From Piromyces finnis finn (lineage: Eukaryota; Fungi; Neocallimastigomycota): a stretch of 21,706 nucleotides of DNA. The position numbers and the translations under genes were made by a program. Where the stretch lies: NCBI GenBank assembly GCA_002104945.1, contig MCFH01000169.1, positions 1 through 21,706 on the forward strand. Direction: 5' to 3'. Under the pieces are notes generated by a model. It was given only the letters and a program-made list of their open reading frames with translations, searched no databases and was not told where the DNA came from. Below, one piece after another: positions 11,071 to 21,385 of this stretch (position 1 is its first letter; each line of letters begins with the position of its first letter).

Positions 11071-12438
11071 ACAATTTTTTATTTAATTACTCCACGAATC
11101 GTATTTAATGAATTTATGAAATAATCTTTTATTAAAATGTAAAAATCATTACTTAATCATTAATACTTATTATTAAATAATCTCAAAGATATACATTATA
11201 TTTATAGAATAAATATTAATTTTAAAATGTTTTTTATTATGATTTTTAATATATGTATGAATATTTACTAGTTATATAATTAAAATTATAATTATATAAT
11301 CTTTACAAAAAATTAAAAACTGAGTTTATTTCTTTTATTATATGCATTATCAAGATTTAATGAAAATGAAATAAAGGATTCCATATAATATATAAATAAT
11401 AATTAAACATTATATTTAAAAACATATTATAAGCTATATAATGACTAATCACTTAATTGATAATGATAAAATACGAAAAAATAGTGAGTGTTTATTAAAA
11501 ACATTTTTACCAAAATAAATAAATAAATAAATAAATTAATGAATGAATGAATGACTAATAAGAAAAAACTATAAATTTTTAATGATTAAACTAACTTTGA
11601 TTATATAATTTGCTATAAAATAGTAATTAAATTTACCAATATAAAATCATAACTGATTTAATTAAGAGTAAGTTTTTATAAAACCAAAATTAAAAGTAAT
11701 TTACTTCAAATCAAAAATTTCCATTACTTTACTTTTTATTACTACTTGCTGTATGTAACAACGAATGTTCCTTTAATTAATTATAAATAATAATTTAAAT
11801 TAAAAATGTGTTTATTTTTAAAATTAAAATTTATATATTTTCATAAAGTAGTGTCTTTTTTTTTTTTTTTTTTAGGCATTTTTAAAATTTAAATTTAAAA
11901 AATTTATATGAAAGCATGTAAATATTTTGTTATTTTTAATGTTTAAATCAGTTATTCATAATACTTTATGAAGAAATAATGAAAAAATCAATTTGAAAAA
12001 TTAACAAAAAGTAGTATTTTTAAAATAGATCTTTCATAGTGTGTTGTGCTTAATAAAATGAATATAATATATTCTATGTTATTAACTTAGCAATGTAAAG
12101 TATACTACATAATAAATTTCAAGTTTATTCATATATAAATATTTTCAATTTTATTTATTATTGTTTAAATAGCATTAATATAAAATTTTTAATTATTACT
12201 ATTTCTTTTAAGTTTAAATTTATTAATAGAATGCTAGATACAAGAAACAAAAATATTTTTTTTCTTAACTTTTTTTTAATTATTACAAAACAAAATAATA
12301 AAATTTATAAAAGGGTTTTCTGTTTTTCTACCACTATTATAATTATATCTAATTCAAGTCAAAATATGTGTAATTTTTAGTTATTTAATATTTATACATA
12401 AAAGCAATTTTTTAATATCACATATTAAAGTATCAAAG

Positions 12439-12575
12439 TATAAAAATATAAAGATATAAAAATATAAAAATATAAAGATATAAAAATATAAAGATATAAA
12501 AATATAAAGATATAAAAATATAAAAATATAAAAATACAAATATATAAATATATAAAAATATAAAAATATAAAAAA
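12439..12575. repeat. 8-bp tandem repeat ATATAAA(A/G)
   Basis: Seen directly. Confidence 0.85.
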
Positions 12576-12673
12576 AATTAATGATTTAATATATAATTCA
12601 TTTTTCTTAAATATTGTTTTAGTTTTTTATTTATTCTTTATTAGAACAGAAAACACAATTCCACATAATAAAT

Positions 12674-12724
12674 TATACTATACTATACTATACTATACTA
12701 TACTATACTATACTATACTATACT
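12674..12724. repeat. (TATAC)n microsatellite, ~10 units
   Basis: Seen directly. Confidence 0.95.
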
Positions 12725-12897
12725 ATTATTCATTATTATGATTTTTCAATTTTATTATTTTATTACTATACTAGAAAAAAAAATTATAAAATTATTTATT
12801 TAAATAAACGAATTATATATTTATAAAATAAGAAATGTATATATGATAATTAAATAAAACTACTATCTTAAATGAACATTCTATAAAATAAAATCCT

Positions 12898-12971
12898 CAC
12901 TCACGGCGGGACTCGAACCCGCAATCTTCAGATTAGAAGTCTGACGCCCTATCCAATTAGGCTACGCGAGC
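12898..12971 (-). tRNA. tRNA-Arg: tRNA-Arg(TCT)
   Basis: GCTCGCG/CGTGAGT acceptor, TCAGA-CTTCTAA-TCTGA anticodon arm, TTCGAGT T-loop, TTTT runs downstream. Confidence 0.97.
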
Positions 12972-12980
12972 TTCAAAGAC

Positions 12981-13052
12981 TTCCGCATCGGGGAATCGAA
13001 CCCCGGCCGCCACGGTGAAAGCGTGGAATCCTAGCCACTGGACCAATGCGGA
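12981..13052 (-). tRNA. tRNA-Glu: tRNA-Glu(TTC)
   Basis: TCCGCAT/ATGCGGA acceptor, CCACG-CTTTCAC-CGTGG anticodon arm, CGGGG-TTCGATT-CCCCG T-arm. Confidence 0.97.
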
Positions 13053-13619
13053 TACTCTTTATCTATAACGGATTAATATTACTAAATGCTATAATATATA
13101 ATCACATATATTTATGTTGTAAAAGTTTTACTAAACTTATAATTTAATATTAAAATATTAAATTAAATAAAAGGTTAAAAGATAACTAGGTTAGAAAAAA
13201 AATGTTTTATTAAAATAATCTTAATTGATTTATAAATGAATAATTATATTATGTATTATAGTTAAAATAATTCCTTTTTATTTTATTTAAAGAATATATA
13301 TAATAATAAGATTATTTAATAGTAATACTTATTAAGTATTAATAAGATAATAATCTTTACAAAGATTTAATTCATAAAACTATTCTAAACTATTTATACT
13401 ATTTGTAATTTTACATTTAATAATAAAATAACTTTTCAATACATGATTATATTCATAATATATTTTATAATACTTAAACTAAACTTAAGACTTATTCCTA
13501 ATTATTAAAAAATAACTATTGTTTATAATATTCATAATATTAATTATTTCTTAATTATAATATAATTCATTGAATATAATATTAATAATTATAATCCTCT
13601 AGTTCAAAGATTATAAATT

Positions 13620-14152
13620 ATGTTATTGAAATATTTATTATAAAATAAAGTTAATTAGTTCCGGAAAATAATTTTAATTTAATTAAACAATAATTTTTTA
13701 TACTTTGAGTGAATGATTTATGTTTGATATATCAGGGGTGATCATTCTCTGAATAAACAATTAATCATTGCTAACAAAATATCTTTAAATTGGAATATCT
13801 CGTGAACCAGCAGAGATATTGACCTGATTTTAAGATATGTTGTTTGTCTCGAGCGTGGCTTTCTAACGAACTTAATTATAACCAAAATATTTTTATTCAA
13901 AAATCGTCATTCGTTGAGGAGATACGCGTGTTTTTTCTTATTCCATTTTAACGATAAGGGTTAAAGTTATTTATTATAAAAATTATTAAGGGTTAAGGTC
14001 ATATTTTAACCTTTTCTAAATTTTTAAATATTTCTTAATAAAATTTTATAATTTATTTGAAAATAAAATATTTGTTGATTTTGAATTTTCATAAGTGATT
14101 TCACAATTCCAAGTGATCTTGAAATTGTAATTTCACTAGTATTCGTGACATG
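13620..14152 (+). repeat. Dispersed repeat family B, copy B1
   Basis: Inverted homology to 18968-19430: GTGATCATTCTCTGAAT (13738-13754 / 19303-19319), CGTGGCTTTCTAA (13854-13866 / 19221-19233), ACTAGTATTCGTGACATG (14135-14152 / 18968-18985). Confidence 0.9.
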
Positions 14153-14216
14153 GTTTCAATTGAAATATTTGTGGGCAAACTTATGGCCACAAATATTTCT
14201 TACATTAACATATGAG

Positions 14217-14287
14217 GCGTTAATAGTATAGAGGTAGAATATTTGCCTTCCAAGCAAATGGCCCGGGTTCGATTCCCGGTTAACGCA
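14217..14287 (+). tRNA. tRNA-Gly: tRNA-Gly(TCC)
   Basis: GCGTTAA/TTAACGC acceptor, TTTGC-CTTCCAA-GCAAA anticodon arm, CCGGG-TTCGATT-CCCGG T-arm, T6 terminator at 14294-14299. Confidence 0.95.
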
Positions 14288-14370
14288 TAAATATTTTTTA
14301 AAAAATTCAAATTCCTATTGGATAGTTTTTTTTTTTTTTTTTTGTAAATCATAATTAATTTTGCATAATA

Positions 14371-14763
14371 GACTCACCTCCAATTCTCCTTAAGGATAAT
14401 ATTTCAAAACTTTCTAGTGACTGGGATTCTCATTTTGATGGTTTAAAAGCCCACTTAGTCAAAGCTAAAGAAGATTTCAAGAAATTCGGTAATCCAAAAA
14501 AATCTACTGGTTCTGACTTTAAAGTGAATGACATGGTTTAACTAAAGAGATACTATTTTTCCAATGAACCTTCTAAAAAATTATCTTCACAATATTTAGG
14601 GCTATTTAAAATCATTGAGAAGAGGGAAAGAATGAATAACCACCTGGAGTTGCCAGAAAACTTACACCTTCAACCTATATTTCATATCTCACAATTAGAA
14701 CCATGTGTAAAAAGGAATCCTGAACTTAAAGAATCATTTGAAGAGGAGCAATGTAAGAATTAA
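14371..14763 (+). pseudogene. pol: Ty3/gypsy integrase C-terminal (GPY/F) fragment, not in the ORF track
   Basis: Hand translation from 14371: DSPPILLKDNISKLSSDWDSHFDGLKAHLVKAKEDFKKFGNPKKSTGSDFKVNDMV*LKRYYFSNEPSKKLSSQYLGLFKIIEKRERMNNHLELPENLHLQPIFHISQLEPCVKRNPELKESFEEEQCKN*. Matches the FKVGDxVxL / KL..xYxGPF / LELP / HPVFHVSxL pattern. Internal TAA at 14539-14541. Confidence 0.9.
14740..14751 (+). promoter_or_regulatory. Polypurine tract GAAGAGGAGCAA
   Basis: Purine-rich run at the integrase 3' end, directly followed by TGTAAG. Confidence 0.7.
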
Positions 14764-15105
14764 TATTAAATTACTTAATATTCATTCTTAGTTATATTAT
14801 GTAATTAAACATTATATAAAAATTTATTGAATTTATTTAATATATATTTATTTATTCATTAATATAATATAGTAAGTTTACTTAATGCATTAACTACTTA
14901 TTCATTTAATTACATTATAAATATTTATTTAAAATATATTTATTCATTCATTTAAATAATATAGTAAATTTATTTAATACATTGGTTTTACGTATATTTA
15001 GTTTAATTAATAGTATTTATTTAGAGATTAATAATCCATTTCCATTTATTTATTTATTAGTAAAATTATTATACAAAAATTTCACAAATTATAAATTATG
15101 TAACA
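14752..15105 (+). mobile_element. Putative 3' LTR, ~354 bp (TGTAA...TAACA)
   Basis: TG start immediately after the PPT. The ACA end at 15105 is the best of several candidates; no partner LTR in the window confirms it. Confidence 0.5.
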
Positions 15106-15672
15106 TTTTATTTTATTTTATTTTATTTTATTTTATTATATTTTATTTTATTTTATTTTATTTTATTTTATTTTATTTTATTTTATTTTATTTTATTTTA
15201 TTTTATTTTATTTTATTTTATTTTATTTTATTTTATTTTATTTATTTTATTTTATTTTATTTATTTTATTTTATTTTATTTATTTTATTTTATTTTATTT
15301 TATTTTATTTTATTTTATTTTATTTTATTTTATTTTATTTTATTTTATTTTATTTTATTTTATTTTATTTTATTTTATTTTATTTTATTTTATTTTATTT
15401 ATTTTATTTTATTTTATTTTATTTTATTTTATTTTTTTATTTTATTTTATTTTATTTTATTTTATTTTATTTTATTTTATTTTATTTTATTTTATTTTAT
15501 TTTATTTTATTTTATTTTATTTTATTTTATTTTATTTTATTTTATTTTATTTTATTTTATTTTATTTTATTTTATTTTATTTTATTTTATTTTATTTTAT
15601 TTTATTTTATTTTATTTTATTTTATTTTATTTTATTTTATTTTATTTTATTTTATTTTATTTTATTTTATTT
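15105..15672. repeat. (ATTTT)n microsatellite, ~570 bp
   Basis: Seen directly; accounts for the FILFY ORF 14982-15674. Confidence 0.98.
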
Positions 15673-16197
15673 AATAAATTAGAAATATCAGATATTAAGG
15701 TTTTTCCTTTATTAAGTTTTACTTAATATTACGATGATTGGTATGTCTAAGATATCAATCGAATTTCTTTTTAGGTTTTTCTTCTAATCTTTTCCTAAAA
15801 AGATTTTTTGTTAAGATTAGAAATTATTCATTTAACTTTAAATTTTAATAAAATTATAAATAAGAGAACTCTTGGATTCCATTAAAGAATCCAGAGTTAT
15901 TATTATAAGACAATTATAGTAAATAGCTTTTTTCAAAAAGCTATATTAATAAAAATATTTAAACTAAAATATCTTTAAAATTTTGTGTTGTTTATTATAG
16001 CTCACTTATAATAAACTCTTTAAGATAAGTATTTATTTCTTTATTTTCTTTTAAGAAACTTCTCAATTTAATAATACATATTATATCATTATATTGTAGA
16101 TAATAATTATTATTAAATATATAGTAATAATTATTACATCTTGATACGCTACTCGCACAAAAATATAATAAAAACTAACCGAATAAACACGACTTAA

Positions 16198-17635
16198 CCC
16201 ATAGTGACTTTTAATAAAAATAAGTAACAATAACCCTTTAAAATAAATGAATAATAACTATATAAAAATATAACCCTTTTAAATAAATAATATTCTCTTT
16301 ATTAAATAAATAATAATAAATTCTGAATAAAATGACTTAATAGAAATAAATATAAATAAATTATTAAATAAAACAACTTAATTAAATAGTGTATTAGTAT
16401 ATTAAAATAATAAAATAATAAATAAAAATGAATGAATAAATTCAAATAAAATGGTGTATATCAAATTATTAATTCTAGTGTTTATCCAAATGTCCCTTAA
16501 AAATTCTTTTAAAATTATATTTAAAAACTAATAATTAAATAATTGAGTAATTATTACTAAAAGTGACAAACTTAAACCTGGAAATAGAACAATAATAGTA
16601 ATTTTAAGGATAAAATACAGAATTCTTTTATGTTTTTGGTTTTTGTATAAAATGAGTGCTTATAATAATTGATACTTTTATTTTAGTTTCATTTTAATTT
16701 TATTTTAGTTTCATTTTAATTTTATTTTAGTTTCATTTTAATTTTATTTTAGTTTCATTTTAATTTCATTTTAGTTTAATATTCTTTTAATTTTAAATTT
16801 TAATTATTTTATTTAAGGTATTATACATTTAATGATAGTTAATGATAATTAATAATAACTTTTTTTTAAGTTTAAACATTCTGAAGTAAAAGAGGATCAA
16901 ATAAGTAATATTTTATAATACTAAAGTATAATTTTAATTTATTCTTTTAATTTTAACAAATAATAACAATAGTAATTAGTAATAGTAAATAGTTAAAATA
17001 ATAATAAATGTAATAAATGTAATAAATGAAAAATGCATAAAGGGAGGATAAATTTCTCCTTTAAAAGGGGGGGACAATGAATAAACAATAAAAATAATAA
17101 AAATATAATAAAGAGATAATTTAAAAGCATAATTGATAAATTTATTTTTTAAGTTTTAAAGAGATTTATTTGTTAATTATAAAACGCACTTTTATTTTAA
17201 ATTTACTGTTCCATCTAAATCCTAGAATTTATTATTTATTAAAAATATTATATTATATTATTTAAAAATATATTGGACTAAAGTAAAATAACAATATATT
17301 TTGTAGTGTAAAGTGAATGATGTATAGTCCATCCTAGTATAAATCCTATGCATAACTAATAAATTTACTTTATTTTATATTTATCTACCTTATTTATTGA
17401 TATTCCACTATTCCAACAATTTATTTATGAACCTCAACAATTTATAATACTAAGTGGATATTATTTTAATTCTATAAATAAATATATAATGTGATTGTTA
17501 AGAATAGAAGATAATTAATAATAAATTAAATATTCAAATAAATAATTTAAAAACCAATTTTATATTTTAAAAATTATAAAATACTCTTAAAAATAATTAA
17601 AAGGTCACTTTGGAAAAATTTAATATTGGAAAGGG
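16198..17635. mobile_element. Possible decayed non-autonomous TTAA (piggyBac-like) element
   Basis: TTAA|CCC at 16194-16200 and GGG|TTAA at 17633-17639. Left end CCATAGTGACTTTTAAT resembles right-end reverse complement CCAAAGTGACCTTTTAAT, offset by ~21 nt. No transposase. Confidence 0.3.
16681..16780. repeat. 22-bp tandem repeat TTTTAGTTTCATTTTAATTTTA, ~4 copies
   Basis: Seen directly. Confidence 0.9.
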
Positions 17636-18399
17636 TTAAGAATCACAAGGATTCGATTTTCAATAAATTAACCCTTATGCAAAATATACAATATATGAAA
17701 ACAATAATAACTTCCGAATATTGCGTCCTATTTCCGTTTTCTAGGGACGTCAAATTAGTTTTGTTAGAAAGTACTAGTTAAAACTTATATACTCACAAAT
17801 ATTCACAAAAATTCTCCATTATTATTAAATAAGGTTAGATAATAATTACTCTTAATTTCAAATCTAATCAATCAATTATAAAAATTAATTAGTATTTATT
17901 TTAAATAATTTCTGGCTAATAACCTCAATAATCAAAATCAAATAAAATCAAAAATCATTATGGTCAAAAAGTAATTAATAATAATTATTAATTAATTAAT
18001 CATCATAAAAATATATAATTTGTATCATTAATTTCTATTCTCGATTGAGAATACTAAATATTTACAATTTAATATGGTTAAAACAATACTTTTTATTTAA
18101 AAGTAATTTTAAAGATTAATCTTAAGAGCTATCATATGAATTCATATCAATATCAATTATTAATATTATTTTAATAATCAAATCATTAATAAATGAAATT
18201 TATAAATAATCATATTAAATAAAAAGGTTTTAATTATAAAATCATTTAATTATAAATTCGTATTATTATTATTATTTAAATTCTTTAATCGTTTTAAAGA
18301 AGAAGTTTAATAATAAATAAATTTAATATTTTAATTATTGAATTAAGTTATAAGTTATAATAAAGAAACGCTCTGACCAAGTTACATATCTCTCCCAAG

Positions 18400-18872
18400 C
18401 CCTCCCACTTTACAGTGATAATATCTATATCTAAAATTTAATAAATAAATTATTAAAAATAAATAAACTTTTCATTTACCAAGTCTTTGTTAGTTTTTTT
18501 TAAAATATAATTTTATTTTATTCAAGTATAAAATTTTAATATTTAATAACTCTTGCATTATTAAATATTTATATACTATTAATTGATACACCTTGTATGT
18601 ATGTAAAATATAATTATAAATATTATTTAACATAAATTTTATATCCAATTTTACTGGATTATTAGGAACATTTTTTTAAATAAACTAATTCTATCACTAT
18701 TTATACATTTATACTATTTTAGAGTGTTATATTAATATTTTAAAATAGATAATTAATAAACAAATGAAAAAAAAATAATTCTTGTTTACATTTATAATTT
18801 TAAAACTAATGATTTTATATATAAATATTTTAATACTAATTTAATTACTTTTAATCTGTGTTTAAAATAATT
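18400..18872 (+). repeat. Family R copy R4, left arm of second inverted unit
   Basis: Colinear with 9364-9810 and inverted to 19880-20510 (anchors 18656-18670 / 20084-20098 and 18784-18800 / 19949-19965). Confidence 0.85.
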
Positions 18873-18967
18873 TCATTATAATAATATATTTAATTTATAA
18901 ATTTAATTATTTATTATTTGTGACATGTAACAAACAGAAAATACTATATTTAGTATAAATTCCAGGT

Positions 18968-19430
18968 CATGTCACGAATACTAGTTGAAGTTGTGAAATT
19001 ACTTTTGAAATATTAAAAAAATTAATATTTATCAAATTTTAAAAAATACAAAACAATATTGGTAAATATTAAAATTAAAGTAATACGATCTTAACACTCT
19101 ATAAAGGTTATTATAAACACCTTTAGCCCTTAAGACCATAATTTAATAACAAAAATCATTCATAGCTCGACAACGAATGTTGGTTTTTTGATGAAATTAT
19201 CTTTGATGAAACCACGTTCATTAGAAAGCCACGAGCATGATATCTTTCCTGGTTTGCGAGATACCGTGTTTAACAATTTTTATGCACAAATGATTATTGA
19301 TAATTCAGAGAATGATCACTTCTGATGTATCACTCATAAATCATTCTGTAAAACTAAATTATCTTTTCCAATTTAATCCTCGGGAAGATAATAACTTCAT
19401 TTTATAATAATTATTTCAATAAAATATTAA
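18968..19430 (-). repeat. Family B copy B2
   Basis: Reverse complement of 13620-14152; anchors listed under B1. Confidence 0.9.
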
Positions 19431-19681
19431 AATATTTCATAATCTTTGAATTAAAAAATTATACTATTTTTAACTATAAATAATTATTTATATAATAGTT
19501 AGTATTATTAATATTATTAATATCTAGTTAACAAATTATATTTTATTTTTATGTTTAGTTTAGTATTATTAAATATGTTATGAAAACAAATTATGTATCG
19601 AAAGTTATTTTATTATTAAATTAAATTTTACAAAGAATATAAATAGTTTAGTTAAATTCATAAAATTAATTCTTTATAAAG

Positions 19682-19746
<65 letters not shown>

Positions 19747-19766
19747 TATTATATTTATTATTATTA

Positions 19767-19800
<34 letters not shown>

Positions 19801-19802
19801 TA

Positions 19803-19850
<48 letters not shown>
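19682..19850. repeat. (ATT)n microsatellite
   Basis: Seen directly. Confidence 0.97.
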
Positions 19851-19851
<1 letters not shown>

Positions 19852-19879
19852 GGTCATAATGCTCTAACCCTACTATTAA

Positions 19880-20510
19880 TAACATTATTTTAAACACAAA
19901 TAAATAATTAAATTAGTACTAAAGTATTTATATAAATTATTAATTTTAAAATTATAAATGTAAACAAGAAACTACTTATTTATTTATTAATTAATTAAAT
20001 AGCTAATTAATTGTTTATTAATATAATACTTTAAAATAATATAAATGTATAAATAGTGTTAGAATTACTTTATTTTTAAAAATTGTTCCTAATAATCCGT
20101 CAAAATTAGATATATTATATTAAATTTATTAAATGGTTCCTAATAATCCAGTAAAATAGATATATAATTTATATAAAATAATATTTGTAATATAATAATA
20201 CACATACGAATGGTATTGAATAATAATAATATATATTATATTTTATAATACAAGAGTTATTAAATATTAAAACTTTATAATTAAATAAATAAATTTATAT
20301 TTTAACTAACAAGGACTTGCAAATGAACAAATAAAATAAATTTATATTTTAAATTAACAAAGATTTTCAAATGAACAAGTATAAAATCATTTATTATTTT
20401 TTTTTTTATTTCTATTTATTAAATTTTAGATACAGATTGTCACTTTCTATATTCATTTATAGAATTAAGGTAATATCATACCATAACAAAATTAATAGAA
20501 GTCAATGAAG
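19880..20510 (-). repeat. Family R copy R5, with two internal ~50-bp duplications
   Basis: Reverse complement of R3/R4, e.g. 20425-20477 matches 9330-9385. GTTCCTAATAATCC is duplicated (20085, 20136) and CAAATGAACAA is duplicated near 20320 and 20368. Confidence 0.85.
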
Positions 20511-20512
20511 TG

Positions 20513-20584
20513 GGAGGGTTGGCGCAACGGTAGCGCGTCCGCCTCCAGAGCGGAAGGTTGGGTGTTCGAATCACTCACTCTCCA
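20513..20584 (+). tRNA. tRNA-Trp: tRNA-Trp(CCA), copy 2, identical to copy 1
   Basis: 72/72 nt identical to 10739-10810; followed by TTTT. Confidence 0.96.
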
Positions 20585-20627
20585 TTTTAATAAAAAATAT
20601 AAATATACCACTTTTATTATTATATTA

Positions 20628-20826
20628 TTATATTTATATTTATATTTATATTTATATTTATATTTAATTATATTATATATATTTATATTTATATTTATAT
20701 TATTATATTTATATTTTATATTTATATTTATATTTATATTATTTATTTATATTTATATTTTTTATATTTATATTTATATTTATATTTATTTTATATTTAT
20801 ATTTATATTTATATTTATATTTATAA
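20628..20826. repeat. Imperfect (TTTATA)n microsatellite
   Basis: Seen directly. Confidence 0.9.
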
Positions 20827-21385
20827 ATTTTTACTAAAATCAAAATATATAATATAAGAAATGTTATATGATCCTGCTAATCATGAATTCTGAAAGTATT
20901 TTTAAAAACAAATTTTAATTAAATATTATCGAATTGATTAATTAATGTCCATTTATCATTATTAGATTAAAAACAATATATATCATTAATCTCACCAGTT
21001 TAACAATTTTAATTATGAAATATTAGTATTTTTTATGACTATGTATTTAAATAAAGGTTTATTCCTTTAATTCACTAGAAATGCTTTTATATATATAAAT
21101 ATTTAATAAAGCAATTTAAGTGATAGTTTTATATTAGTCATAAATATTTAATAATAATTACGATTAGAAAGAACCGCACATTCGCTCATTTATTTGATTT
21201 GTCTTAGAAGAAATTAAAGAATAATATTGTAAACTATTTTTCTCCTAAATAATTTAAGTATAATCCCAAGAAATATTAAAGGATAATATTGTAAATTATC
21301 TTTTCCTTAAATAATTTAAATAAAATTCCAAGAAATGTTAAAAGAAATTCACAAATATAAAGTGTTATAAAAATCATATATTTCA

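Noticed and set aside
14288-14371. tRNA-targeted gypsy integration downstream of tRNA-Gly, as in Dictyostelium or yeast
   Set aside because: The junction near the tRNA is an internal integrase breakpoint, not an LTR end, so it is not an integration site.
14982-15674. 230-aa FILFY-repeat ORF
   Set aside because: Translation of the (ATTTT)n microsatellite, which has no stop codons in this frame.
19134-19325. Short ORF (63 codons) or C/D snoRNA (TGATGA...CTGA) in family B2
   Set aside because: The ORF and the C box are not preserved in copy B1, and the differences are not synonymous-biased.
20505-20837. 110-aa ORF
   Set aside because: Overlaps tRNA-Trp and a (TTTATA)n tract; not protein-like.
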